Under the pieces are notes generated by a model that saw nothing but the letters and a program-made list of their open reading frames with translations, was not told where the DNA came from and ran no database searches. 64,000 nt of DNA, from NCBI GenBank assembly GCA_964202905.1, contig CAXNJO010000008.1:33350-97349 (forward strand), read 5' to 3'. This document shows, piece after piece, positions 31,801 through 43,252 of this stretch; position 1 is the first letter of the stretch, and every line of letters begins with the position of its first letter. The position numbers and the translations under genes were made by a program. The DNA comes from Polyangiales bacterium. GTDB lineage: Bacteria; Myxococcota_A; Polyangia; Polyangiales; JADJQN01.

Positions 31801-32047
31801 GCTTCGGGCGCGTCTGCTCCTCGTCGAGGCGCGCGTCGCGCTGCTCACGCGTGATGCGGTGACCGCGCAGCCGCTCTTGCGCGAGGCGACGGCGCTCGCA
31901 GGGGCGCCCGCCGAGGCGCACTTCTTCCTCGGCGAGGCGTCGGTCGGCGTCGACGCTGCCGTGACGCGCGCCGCCTACGAGCGCTACGTGCAGCTCGCGC
32001 CCGCTGGCGAGTTCGCCGCCCGCGCCCGCCGCGCGCTCGAGCGCTGA
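28802..32047 (+). CDS. large tetratricopeptide-repeat membrane protein
   Basis: Track ORF 28802..32047 (GTG start inside the 21-bp repeat; true start uncertain). Pro/Ala-rich region of about 330 aa. TM PRLAIVAGVLLVLGGAGGLGGW. About 700 aa of TPR-like helical repeats. Confidence 0.8.
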   Translation: MAEPPPRVAEPPTRVAEPPPRVSAWSVSAPPAGAVPFPADWLSPDAHARAEDAAVSFDDESERTFVADPARLRAALEDDARLARAEAASRAGDATPVAPPARPSIGVTPVAPPASAPVAPSSSDASTSTPSVASPRAPRPALPRPVPLPAARPRAEAPVAPSTSTRPLASHAELPDFTEDPPADPDAAPKPPVSTGESPAPPVVRGAASDALASFLAPPDAPPVPPSASSEGSETQWAPHEASTAAPAAPHIDPSERPGAPRLVAPPPASLPDSSEASTPVPLDVPLDAPPVRVAESPAAQPPHAPPTTEASVSPPLALEQTVDAAAKRGRGGPRLAIVAGVLLVLGGAGGLGGWRYLAVRRGTAAALVATARGEAIDGDGASLADAERHLREAVALDAADPEGARIASFVATQRALEDGAPDAAALRVAITDARRAGAASAWLDAADAVLATIEGRVDDARRLRDAALRAQPRDAATLYVAGRIGQQLGEPDAAARLAEAVSAADAPAAARLALAEARLDQGDSAAAVRLVDEVLALRATHLRALLWRGLLGAGDTEPATALTALSGLDARVAQAAQADRVLAALAAARQRLRAGDLETAGASIDRALGVGVRDPRWLARIATEARACGRLEGAQQAAREAVAGAPMNADYRRGLAEVQLALHDGAGALATLAPLPAGDLRGALLSARAALLVGADAALASTRVALDALVTAHPENVEARALRLRVAVRLGDVGRLEDARKLAREAPSDPLVALAVGEAALAAREPETAARALEVLVAASPSDPDAHYLLGRARRMGALAGPAAESLHRALALAPQHAAAAITLGGLLLDTGAYDEAERLYADLAAQTGVSGGVPAGTFGRLGRIEALIGLGRSVDARAQLAALPPDERALPSAQLAAARLALAEGAAPDAVAALRPLAESPGTRSSEVLALFGDALFEASDVDAAAQQFDAALALDAGSPEALLGRARVALRAERPVDVRLYVDRLKAALLTRLRPPSLRARLLLVEARVALLTRDAVTAQPLLREATALAGAPAEAHFFLGEASVGVDAAVTRAAYERYVQLAPAGEFAARARRALER

Positions 32048-32062
32048 GCGGAGCGACGCGCC

Positions 32063-32548
32063 ATGCCGCTCCATCCCGCGCTCGTCCACGTCCCGCTCGG
32101 GCTCGGCGCCGTGCTCGGCGTCGTCTTGCTCTCCCTGCTCCTGCTCGAGCGGCGCGGCGCATCCACACGCGCGCTTTGGTGGGTCGGGGCCGCACTCGCC
32201 GCGATCGTCGCCGTGGGCGCGCTCGCCGCGAGCAGCGCGGGCGAGGACGAAGCGCTCAGGCTCTCACGTCGTCTCCCAGCGGCTGCGCTCGCCGTGCACG
32301 AAGAGGCCGCCGAGACCTTCACCGTCGCCTCGGTGCTGCTCGCGCTGCTCACGCTCTCCGCCGGCGTCGCGGCCCGTCCGCGGACGCGCCTCGCGTTGCA
32401 GATCGCGTCGATCGCGCTCGGTCTCGCGCTGGCCCCGCTGGGGTTGCGCGCGGGTCACGCCGGCGGTGCGCTCGTCTGGGAGCACGGCGCCGCGGCTCGA
32501 GGCACCTCCGACGTGCCACGCGCCGCGGTCGACGCTGCGGGCCCGTGA
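32063..32548 (+). CDS. DUF2231-like integral membrane protein
   Basis: Track ORF 32063..32548. N-terminal HPALVHVPLGL motif. Four hydrophobic helices. Confidence 0.7.
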   Translation: MPLHPALVHVPLGLGAVLGVVLLSLLLLERRGASTRALWWVGAALAAIVAVGALAASSAGEDEALRLSRRLPAAALAVHEEAAETFTVASVLLALLTLSAGVAARPRTRLALQIASIALGLALAPLGLRAGHAGGALVWEHGAAARGTSDVPRAAVDAAGP

Positions 32549-32582
32549 AGGCGCGCCGAGAACGCGCCCCTGTGGCGCGGGC

Positions 32583-33278
32583 TCAGCGCACCTGCGGCAG
32601 CAGGCGCAGGGCGCGGCGCGCGGCCGGGCCGACCACGTTCTCGCGCACGGTCTTCGCCGCGTGCAACACGCCCGCAGGCAGGGCACGGAACGTGACGTCG
32701 ACGTGCGCCTCGTCCGTCTCGATGCCGTGCAGCGTGATGAGGCTGGTCACCGCGCCGAGCGCGCGCCGCGCCCGCGAGCGCTGGTCCGCGAGCTGCGGGA
32801 GCTTCGCGAGATCGAGCACGATGCGTTTGCCCTCGGCCTCGACGACGACGGGCGGAATCGCGGGGAGGTGCTTCACGAGCGTCCCCGGATTCGACACGTC
32901 CAGCGCGCCCGACCGCACGAGGAACGCGACCGGCGACTCCGCGCCGCCCACGACGCGAAGCCGCGTCTCTTCGAGGCGCAACTCGATGCGGAGCTCCGCG
33001 TCCGTCATGCGGAGACGCTCGATGTAGATGGTCGAGCTCGCGCGGATCTTCGTGTTCATCTGCTCGATCGTCGCCGCGATCCGGAAGCCCGGCGGCGCGC
33101 TCTCGATCTCGAGGTCTTCGACCTTCCCGCTGCGCGAGGCCTGCTCGGCGAGCCAGCGGAGTGCGTCGAGCGGGAGCCCGAGCCGCAGCCCGAGGGCGCT
33201 GCGGACGATCCGGGAGGCCTCGACGGGATGTGAACGGAGGTAGCGGGCCGCAGAATCGAAAATCGCGCGTCGGTCCAT
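32583..33278 (-). CDS. hypothetical protein
   Basis: Track ORF 32583..33326; likely start ATG 33278 (MDRRAIFDSAARYLRSHPVEASR...). Balanced composition (IYIERLRMTDAELRIELRLEETRLRV...). No family recognised. Confidence 0.6.
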   Translation of the reverse strand: MDRRAIFDSAARYLRSHPVEASRIVRSALGLRLGLPLDALRWLAEQASRSGKVEDLEIESAPPGFRIAATIEQMNTKIRASSTIYIERLRMTDAELRIELRLEETRLRVVGGAESPVAFLVRSGALDVSNPGTLVKHLPAIPPVVVEAEGKRIVLDLAKLPQLADQRSRARRALGAVTSLITLHGIETDEAHVDVTFRALPAGVLHAAKTVRENVVGPAARRALRLLPQVR

Positions 33279-33440
33279 CGGCGCCGAGGGTACATCGTCT
33301 GCGTGCGCCCGCGTCGACGAAAGCACGCCTCCATGCGGGATGCGGTGTGACGCGTCGCATCAAAAACGCGACACGCCGCCGGGACGCGTCGGCGTCCTCG
33401 GCGGCGTGGCGGGTGCGGGCGTCGAGGCCGCAGGACCGGT

Positions 33441-33457
33441 CGCGCACCCCGTGCGCG
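33441..33457 (-). terminator. GC hairpin about 20 nt downstream of the 33477 stop (possible terminator, no U-tract)
   Basis: cgcgcac-ccc-gtgcgcg: 7-bp stem, 3-nt loop. Coordinates checked against the translation of track ORF 33340..33543. Confidence 0.3.
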
Positions 33458-33476
33458 GCGGCCCCGCAGTCACGGC

Positions 33477-34459
33477 TCACGGATGGTTCGAGGCGAGCTC
33501 GGTGATGTTGAGGCGGCCGCGCGCCTGCACGCCGCTCTCGTAGCTGCCGATCCAGACGTTGTAGACGCCGGGGCCGGCGTTGTTGAGGTCGATCGCGGGG
33601 CGGTTGCCGCCGTGCGAGTCGTCGTTGCAGATCCAGCGACCGTCCGCCGTGTTGATGGCGAGCGTCGTGTCCTTGTTCTGCTGGACGGCGTCGACGTAGA
33701 CGCGGAGGAACGAGCTGTTGCCGGAGAGCGTGAAGTTGAAGTCGGGGCGCGCCGTCGCGAAGCCCGTGCAGCCCGCGGCGAGGTTCTGCTGCGCGACGTT
33801 CACCGTGCCGCCCGAGACGACCGCGATGCGGATCGGGTCCGGGGTGAAGCCCGGCGTGATCGTGCGCGAGCCGAAGTTTGGCGTACCGCTGAGGTCGAGC
33901 CCGCCGCCGCTCGACGCGGGGGGCGTCGCGCCGCCGCCGCCGCCCCGCCGCCGCCGGGGCGACGGCTCGCGAGCTCCGTGACGTTGAGCGTGCCGCGCGC
34001 GCGCGTGCCGGACTGGTAGCTGCCGATCCAGACGTTGTAGAGGCCCGGCCCGGCGCCGCGGAGGTCGACCATCGGGTTGCGGCCGCCGTTCGAGTCGTCG
34101 TTGCAGGCCCAGGAGCCGTCGGCCTTGTTGATGATGAGCGTCGTGTCCTCGTTCCCCGCCTCGACGAAGAGACGCAGGAACGCGCTCGTCCCGGTCAACG
34201 TGAAGTTGAAGTCGGGCTGCGCGGTCGCGAAGCCCGTGCAGTCCTGCCCGAGGCCCATCGAGGAGACGTCGAGCGTCCCGCCGGAGGTGACGGGGATCTG
34301 TATCGGGTCGGGGGTGAACCCGGGGGCGATGTTTCGCGCGCCGTAGTTGGGCGTGCCCTGCGTGTTCAGGCGCTGCGCGGACGCGGTGCCCGGGGCGACG
34401 GCGACGAGGAGGAGGGCGGCGCCGAGCGTCGCGAGGGCGAGGGAGCGGGTGGCGTTCAT
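33477..34459 (-). pseudogene. secreted protein with two tandem ~135-aa domains joined by a poly-Gly linker; frame broken by a 1-nt gap in a (GGC)n tract near 33944-33946
   Basis: ATG 34459 (MNATRSLALATLGAALLLVAVAPGTASA) and domain 1 (GTPNYGARNIAPGFTPDPIQIPVTSGG...WACNDDSNGGRNP...YNVWIGSYQSG...LNVTELA) lie in the frame of track ORF 33800..35686. Domain 2 (GTPNFGSRTITPGFTPDPIRIAVVSGG...WICNDDSHGGNRP...YNVWIGSYESG...LNITELA) lies in track ORF 33477..34490. Minus-strand linker ggcggcggcgg-ggcggcggcggcggc. Confidence 0.8.
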
Positions 34460-34630
34460 CGGGGAACCTTTCTCTGGGGGGGCGCGGCACGCAGGCCGAG
34501 CGATGGGGCCCGCTCGGACGCGGGACCCCGCCGTGTATTCACGGCGACGGCGGCAGAGTGTCCGACTCGGCACCGCGGATGCAAGCGCGCCTTGCAGCGG
34601 AGCCCTCGAAGCCCCTACCCTCCGCGCACC

Positions 34631-35773
34631 ATGGACCTGTCGTTCACCGAAGAGCAGCGCCTCATCCAGCAGACAGCCCGTGACTTCGCCGAGCGCGAGG
34701 TCGCGCCCAAGGCCCGCGAGCTCGACCGCGAGGCCCGCTGGCCCGCCGAGCTGGTCGCGCGCATGGCGGAGCTGGGGCTCCTCGGCGTGGCCGTCCCGAG
34801 CGAGTGGGGCGGCACCGGTGCGGACACGGTCTCCTACGTCCTCGCGATGGAGGAGGTCAGCCGCGCGTGTGCGTCCACGGGCGTGATCATGTCGGTGAAC
34901 AACTCGCTCGTGTGCGACCCGCTCGTGAAGTTCGCGAGCGACGCGCAGAAGCGCGAGTACCTCACGCCGCTCGCGAGCGGGGAGATGCTCGGTTGTTTCG
35001 GCCTCACCGAGCCGGCGAGCGGCTCGGACGCGAGCCACATGGAGACGGTCGCCGTCGACGCGGGCGACCACTGGGTGCTCGAAGGCGCGAAGAACTGGAT
35101 CACCAACGGCCCGCACGCCGACGTCATCCTCGTCTTCGCCGCCCACGATCGCGCCGCGGGCGCGAAGGGCACGACGGCGCTGATCGTCCCGCGCGGCACG
35201 CCCGGCTTCACCACCAACAAGCCCGACCACAAGCTCGGCATCCACGCCGCGCACTCGTGCACCGTCTTCTTCGAGAACTGCAAGGTTCCGAAGGCCCAGC
35301 AGCTCGGCGAGGTCGGGCAGGGCTTCAAGATCGCGATGTCCACGCTCGATGGCGGGCGCATCGGGATCGCGGCGCAGGCGCTCGGCATCGCGCGCGCCGC
35401 CTACGAGAAGGCGCTTGCGTATTCCAAGGAGCGCAAGGCCTTCGGCAAGCCGCTCGCGGACAAGCAGGCCATCCAGTTCATGCTCGCCGACATGGCGACC
35501 GAGCTCGACGCCGCGCGCCTGCTCACGCTGCGCGCCGCGACGCTCAAGGACAAGGGCGTGCGGCACACGAGCGAGTCCGCGGTCGCCAAGCTCTTCGCGA
35601 GCGAGATGTGCACGCGCGTCGCGCACAAGGCGCTGCAGATCCACGGCGGCTACGGCTACTCGACGGAGTACGATGTCGAGCGTCATTACCGCGACGCGCG
35701 CATCACCGAGATCTACGAGGGGACGAGCGAGATCCAGCGCATCGTGATCGCCGCCAACGCGCTGAAGGCGTGA
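34631..35773 (+). CDS. acyl-CoA dehydrogenase (short/branched-chain type)
   Basis: ATG 34631 (MDLSFTEEQRLIQQTARDFA...) in track ORF 34592..35773. ACAD blocks GCFGLTEPASGSDA, WITNG, GGYGYSTEYDVERHYRDARITEIYEGTSEIQR. Confidence 0.95.
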   Translation: MDLSFTEEQRLIQQTARDFAEREVAPKARELDREARWPAELVARMAELGLLGVAVPSEWGGTGADTVSYVLAMEEVSRACASTGVIMSVNNSLVCDPLVKFASDAQKREYLTPLASGEMLGCFGLTEPASGSDASHMETVAVDAGDHWVLEGAKNWITNGPHADVILVFAAHDRAAGAKGTTALIVPRGTPGFTTNKPDHKLGIHAAHSCTVFFENCKVPKAQQLGEVGQGFKIAMSTLDGGRIGIAAQALGIARAAYEKALAYSKERKAFGKPLADKQAIQFMLADMATELDAARLLTLRAATLKDKGVRHTSESAVAKLFASEMCTRVAHKALQIHGGYGYSTEYDVERHYRDARITEIYEGTSEIQRIVIAANALKA

Positions 35774-35781
35774 GCGCGCGG

Positions 35782-36531
35782 ATGCTTCGACGCCACGCCG
35801 CCGCGCACCGACTCGCGGTCGCCGCGCTCGCGTTCTCGTTGCCGATGTTGGCCGCTTGCGGCGGTGCCCCGGTCGCCGTCGAGGCCCCCGCGCCGGTCGC
35901 GCCCGCGCCCACCGAGGCCCCGCGCGCCGAGCGCCGCGACGGCGTCGCGATCAGCGGCCTGATGGGCACGATCTCGGCGGAGTCCGTCCGCGACACGCTC
36001 CAACTCCGACAGGACCGTTTCCTCCGCTGTTTCACACAGCGCCTCGACGACGTCCCCATGCTCGGCGGCACGATCGAGCTCGCCTTCCGCGTGCGCGTCG
36101 ACGGGACGGTGCTCTGGGTCTACCCGCGCCGGTCGACGGTCGGCGACCGCGACACGGAGCGCTGCGTCCTCGATGTCGCGTCGACCGCCCGCTTCCGCAG
36201 GCCCAGCGGGGGCGAGGCCGAGTTCAGGTGGCCCTTCGAGGTCGGACTCGCCGACGACGTGCGGCCGCCGCTCTCGTGGGGGCCCGAGCGCGTCGCCTCG
36301 CCGCTCGCGGGGGCCCGCGACCTCGCGACGCGCTGCCGCGCGCCCGGCGCAGCGAGCACCTTCGCGATCACCGCGTACGTCGGCCAGGGCGGGCAGGTGC
36401 TCGCCGCGGGCGGCGCATCGAGCGACGCGGTCGGCCTCGCGGCCGTCGACTGCGTGCTCGCGTCGGTGCGCGCCTGGGCGTTGCCCGATCCGGGCCCACA
36501 TCCCGCCAAGCTCACCTTCGACGTTCGCTGA
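35782..36531 (+). CDS. lipoprotein with AgmX/PglI-like (TonB-C-like) C-terminal domains
   Basis: ATG 35782 in the frame of track ORF 34804..36531. Lipobox SLPMLAACGG. Blocks GTIELAFRVRVDGTV...ERCVLDVASTARFRRP and TFAITAYVGQGGQV...VDCVLASVRAWALPDP. Confidence 0.7.
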   Translation: MLRRHAAAHRLAVAALAFSLPMLAACGGAPVAVEAPAPVAPAPTEAPRAERRDGVAISGLMGTISAESVRDTLQLRQDRFLRCFTQRLDDVPMLGGTIELAFRVRVDGTVLWVYPRRSTVGDRDTERCVLDVASTARFRRPSGGEAEFRWPFEVGLADDVRPPLSWGPERVASPLAGARDLATRCRAPGAASTFAITAYVGQGGQVLAAGGASSDAVGLAAVDCVLASVRAWALPDPGPHPAKLTFDVR

Positions 36532-36596
36532 CGCGCTCGCCCCACGCGGCCCGGCCCGCGCGTGGCGACACCGCCTCCGCTCCCCGAGGAAGATCC

Positions 36597-37733
<1,137 letters not shown>

Positions 37734-37746
37734 GGCGCCGCGCGCG

Positions 37747-38670
37747 ATGCGGACGGATCAGACGACGCTGTGCACCCGGTGCGCGGTGCGTTTTCCGCCC
37801 GCGCGGCGCTGCCCTCGCTGCGGCGGCGCGCGCCTCCACGATCTGCGCCGCTCGCACGACCGCAAGATCGCGCTCCCGCTGTTGCGCGCGACGCCGACCC
37901 CGCGCAGCGATTGGCTCGTCGACGCGGCCGAGCGCGTGCTCTTGGGGTACCTCCGTTGGGGCTTCGCGCTCCTCACCTTCGTCGCGCTGGTGCTCGGCTG
38001 GCTGCGTGTCGGCTCGATGCCCGGAGCGGTCTTCCTCGCGCTGCTCGCGGCCGCCGCACAGATCGTGCTGGTCCTCCTGTTCGTCGGGCTCGTGTCGGGC
38101 GTGGCGCTCTTCGGCCGCGTGTTCGCGGCGATCGCGCGGCCCCTCGGGCGCGATGCGGAACCGCCTGCGCGTCGCGCCGTCCTCCCGCTCCCGCCGCCCG
38201 CGCTCGTCGAGAGCGCCGAGCGGCGCACGTTCCGCGGGCGCGTCCGCTGCGCGCGTCCGCTGCTCTCGCCGGTCGGGCATGAGCGGTGTGCCGCGTTCCG
38301 CGTCGTCGGTGAGACGCCCGGCGGCGTCATCGACGATGGGGGCCTCGCGCCGTTCGACGTCGTCGACGACGAGGGCACGGTCTGCGTCCTCGACGAGGGG
38401 GCGGGCGTGGTCGCGCTGGAGCCGGCGTGGCCGGTCCGCACGCTGCGGCCCGACGACGCGCTGCGCGCATTCCTCGACGAGCGTGGCGCCTTCTGTGCGC
38501 TCGGTCCCGTGCGCCTCGGCGAGTCGGTGCTGCGCGACGGCGAGTTCGTCCTCGTCGAAGGCGTCGCGGCCACCGAGCGGCGCGCGGAGGGTTACCGCGG
38601 GCAACGCGAGGTCACGGTCCTACGCGATGCGCCGGGGGCGCCGCTCGTGCTGCGTCGCGCCCCGCCGTGA
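37747..38670 (+). CDS. hypothetical membrane protein with N-terminal zinc-ribbon-like CxxC pairs
   Basis: Track ORF 37747..38670. CTRCAVRFPPARRCPRCGG. Two long hydrophobic helices (WGFALLTFVALVLGWL, FLALLAAAAQIVLVLLFVGLVSGVALF). Soluble C-terminal domain. Confidence 0.6.
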   Translation: MRTDQTTLCTRCAVRFPPARRCPRCGGARLHDLRRSHDRKIALPLLRATPTPRSDWLVDAAERVLLGYLRWGFALLTFVALVLGWLRVGSMPGAVFLALLAAAAQIVLVLLFVGLVSGVALFGRVFAAIARPLGRDAEPPARRAVLPLPPPALVESAERRTFRGRVRCARPLLSPVGHERCAAFRVVGETPGGVIDDGGLAPFDVVDDEGTVCVLDEGAGVVALEPAWPVRTLRPDDALRAFLDERGAFCALGPVRLGESVLRDGEFVLVEGVAATERRAEGYRGQREVTVLRDAPGAPLVLRRAPP

Positions 38671-38706
38671 GCGCCGGCACGCGTCCGCGTGAACGACGAC
38701 GCGCGC

Positions 38707-40011
38707 TCAGGGCCAGGACGAGGTCGGGAAGCCCGGACCCGGCCGTGCGAGCAGATAGCCCTGCAGGAAGTCGCAGGACATCGCGACCAGCTGGTCGCGC
38801 TCGGCCACCGTCTCGACGCCTTCGGCGACCACCTGCATGCCGAGGTCGCGTGCGAGCGTCGCGATCGCGCGGACGATGCGCTGGCGCACCGGGTCGGCGT
38901 CGATGTTGCGCACGAGGGACATGTCGAACTTCACGACGTCGGGCTGGATCGTCGCCAGCGCGGCCAGCCCGGCGTAGCCCGCGCCGAGGTCGTCGACGGC
39001 GATGCGGTAGCGGAGCTGGCGCAGCTGCGAGACGCGCTCGGCGAGGTCGTTCAGCCCATCGACCGAGGCGCGCTCCGTGATCTCGAGGACGATGCGGTGT
39101 GCGAAGGGCAGCAGCGGATTGCGGTCGTCGTAGAGGGTCTCGTCGAGCAGGTCCGCGGCGTGCAGGTTCACGAAGATCGTGCCGCCGGTCGCGGGGCTCC
39201 CTTCGAGGGCGCGCGCGATGCCTGCGCGTACGGCGCGACCGAGCGCTGGGAGCGCCTCGAGTTTCTCGGCCGCCTCGAGGATCGCGCCGGGGTGCGGGAG
39301 CGAGGGCTCGCGCGAACGCAGCAGCGCTTCGAAGCCGATCGTCTCGTGCGTCTCGGAAGAAACGATCGGCTGGAATGCCATCCAAAGCAGCTCGAGCGCG
39401 CGATCGAACCGCTCGCGGAGTGCTTGGTCCTGACGAGCCGGGACCGGGATCGCGCGGGCTGCCCGCTCTTCGCGCGTGCGCGCGACGGCAGCCTCGACCG
39501 CCGCGGCGAGGTCGGGCGGATTGAAGGGCTTGGTGAGGTAGCGGAACCCGCCGTGCTCGAGCGTCGAGGCCGCGGTCTCGATGCTCGGGTGCGCCGTGAG
39601 GATCACGACGGCGACCTCCGCGCGGCGCGCGCGCATCTCGCGGAGGAACGCGACGCCGTCGAGGTCCGGCATCTGCATGTCGGAGACCACGGCGTCGTAC
39701 GCGCCGGTCGCGAGCTGGTCGAGCGCCTCCGCGGCGCGACCCGTGTAGTCGACGTCGAAGCCGCGCAGCGACAGCGTGCGGCTCGTCGAGCGCCCGGAGA
39801 GTTCTTCGTCGTCGACGACGAGGACGCGCCCCGCCGACGGGCCGGAGCGGCGCCGCGCGCCGGAGGCGCCCGTCACCACCTCGCTGGCGGTCGCGGCGTC
39901 TCCCGTCGTGCTCGTGCCGACGGGGCCCGGGTTCGCCACCGCGGGTGAGTCGGAAGCGGTGCCCCGAAAGTCGTCTGCGGCGGCCATGGGTGCATCGAAC
40001 GTCAGCTTCAT
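38707..40011 (-). CDS. response regulator receiver + EAL domain protein (c-di-GMP phosphodiesterase)
   Basis: Track ORF 38707..40011. REC (VLVVDDE, DAVVSDMQMPDLDG, KPF). EAL signatures GFEALLRS, NLH, EITE, DDLGAGYAGL, KFDMSLVR, AEGVET, QGYL. Confidence 0.9.
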   Translation of the reverse strand: MKLTFDAPMAAADDFRGTASDSPAVANPGPVGTSTTGDAATASEVVTGASGARRRSGPSAGRVLVVDDEELSGRSTSRTLSLRGFDVDYTGRAAEALDQLATGAYDAVVSDMQMPDLDGVAFLREMRARRAEVAVVILTAHPSIETAASTLEHGGFRYLTKPFNPPDLAAAVEAAVARTREERAARAIPVPARQDQALRERFDRALELLWMAFQPIVSSETHETIGFEALLRSREPSLPHPGAILEAAEKLEALPALGRAVRAGIARALEGSPATGGTIFVNLHAADLLDETLYDDRNPLLPFAHRIVLEITERASVDGLNDLAERVSQLRQLRYRIAVDDLGAGYAGLAALATIQPDVVKFDMSLVRNIDADPVRQRIVRAIATLARDLGMQVVAEGVETVAERDQLVAMSCDFLQGYLLARPGPGFPTSSWP

Positions 40012-40104
40012 CCCATTCCTGAAGTACCACGACGGGACCGACGGGCGCGAGGGCTACTTCGCGCCGGGGCTGCGTGCCCCTTGCCGTGCCGGGGGGCCGG
40101 GTGA

Positions 40105-40641
40105 ATGCTCGCGGCGATGAGCGACACCCCGGAGTCCCGCTGGGAGGCGGCAGAAGACGCGGCCGAGAGCCTGCGGGAAGGCGACCCGGACGGCGCGATC
40201 GCCGCCGCGGAGGCCCTCATCGTCCGCGACCCCCGCAACGAATACGCTTGGTTCTTCCTCGGCTGCGCGCGCTTCGAGAAGAGCGAACTCGGCGCGTCGC
40301 TGAAGGCCTTCGTGCGGGCGCTCGAGATCGCGCCGACGTATCTCGGCGCCATGGTCAATCTCGGGCACACGCTGCGGCTGCTCGGCCGCCACGACGAGGC
40401 CATCCGCCTCGGCCGCGAGATCCTCGCGCGGTCGCCCGAGGACGCTGACGCGCTCTACCTCCTCGGCCTCACGTTCTTTGCCCGCGGGGACGGCGCCGCC
40501 GCGTCGTCGCACCTCGAGCGCTTTTTGCGGACGCGCCCCGAGGCGGAGCTCGCGCTCGAGGTCAGCGGGATGCTGCAGACCCTCCGGGGCGAGGTGGTAC
40601 CTTTTGCCGAGCCTGGCGGGGCCGGCGACGAGCTCCAGTGA
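40105..40641 (+). CDS. tetratricopeptide repeat protein
   Basis: Track ORF 40105..40641. TPR-like [73 protein letters not shown]. Confidence 0.75.
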   Translation: MLAAMSDTPESRWEAAEDAAESLREGDPDGAIAAAEALIVRDPRNEYAWFFLGCARFEKSELGASLKAFVRALEIAPTYLGAMVNLGHTLRLLGRHDEAIRLGREILARSPEDADALYLLGLTFFARGDGAAASSHLERFLRTRPEAELALEVSGMLQTLRGEVVPFAEPGGAGDELQ

Positions 40642-40667
40642 AGGGCCCTTCATCGAGGAATCAGGAC

Positions 40668-42401
<1,734 letters not shown>

Positions 42402-42440
42402 GGACGGACTGCGCGCCCGGTAACGATCGAGGAGGACCCG

Positions 42441-43172
42441 ATGCAGGAGGAGCGATCCGAGGCGGCGCAGCGAGAGGCGGCCCGCCTGCTCATGGAAGGC
42501 ACGGCTCTCGAACGTGCTGCGCTCGCCGCGCGTTCGCTGCGCGCGCTGCTCGCCGATCCGAACGACACGACGCAGGTCTTCCTGCTCGGGATGAGCGTGA
42601 ACGCCGCGAGCTTCCCCGGCTTCTTCATCCGCTTCGCCGGGGACGAGCGCGGCGCGGCGCTGCTCCGTGAGCAGCCCTCGATCGACTCGGCGCACGTCGA
42701 CTTCGCGGCGCTCCGGCGCCTGCCGCGGACGACGCTCGGCGGCGCGTACGCCGCGTACCTCGCGGAGAACGGCCTCGACCCCGACGTGTTTCAGGCGCCG
42801 CCGGGCCTGCCCTCGATGGTCGCCTTCGTCGCGAAGCGCATGCGGCAGAGCCACGACCTCTGGCACGTGCTCACCGGCTACCGCACGGACGTCGCGGGTG
42901 AGATCGCGCTGCAGGCGTTCAGCTATGCGCAGCTGCGCATGCCCGTCTCGCTGATGATCAGCGTCGCGGGGACGCTGCGCTGGGCCCGCGAGCCGCGGAT
43001 CGCGCAGATGGCCCTCGAGGGCTATCGACGCGGTCGCGACGCCGGCTGGCTCCCGGTTCAGCGCTGGGAGTCGTTGTGGGAGCGCGACCTCGAGGCGCTC
43101 CGCGCCGAACTGCGGATCGCGCCCGCCCGCGTGCCGCCCGCGCGGCTCGTCGCGCCGTCGCGCGCGGCCTGA
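42441..43172 (+). CDS. Coq4 family protein (ubiquinone-biosynthesis COQ4 homologue)
   Basis: Track ORF 42441..43172. Family-defining motif HDLWHVLTGYRTDVAGE (HDxxH-x11-E) is intact. Surrounding GGAYAAYL..., EIALQAFSYAQL are consistent with Coq4. Confidence 0.8.
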   Translation: MQEERSEAAQREAARLLMEGTALERAALAARSLRALLADPNDTTQVFLLGMSVNAASFPGFFIRFAGDERGAALLREQPSIDSAHVDFAALRRLPRTTLGGAYAAYLAENGLDPDVFQAPPGLPSMVAFVAKRMRQSHDLWHVLTGYRTDVAGEIALQAFSYAQLRMPVSLMISVAGTLRWAREPRIAQMALEGYRRGRDAGWLPVQRWESLWERDLEALRAELRIAPARVPPARLVAPSRAA

Positions 43173-43252
43173 TCACGGGGGGGCCATCGGCCGAACGCGC
43201 GCCGGTCGGGGCGCGTGTCGATCGTCCGTGCGCGGACCGATGACGCGACGCG

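Noticed and set aside
33478-33500. tRNA-like GGTTCGAGG string.
   Set aside because: No acceptor stem, D-arm or anticodon arm can be drawn around it. It lies inside the 3' end of the coding sequence of the secreted two-domain protein.
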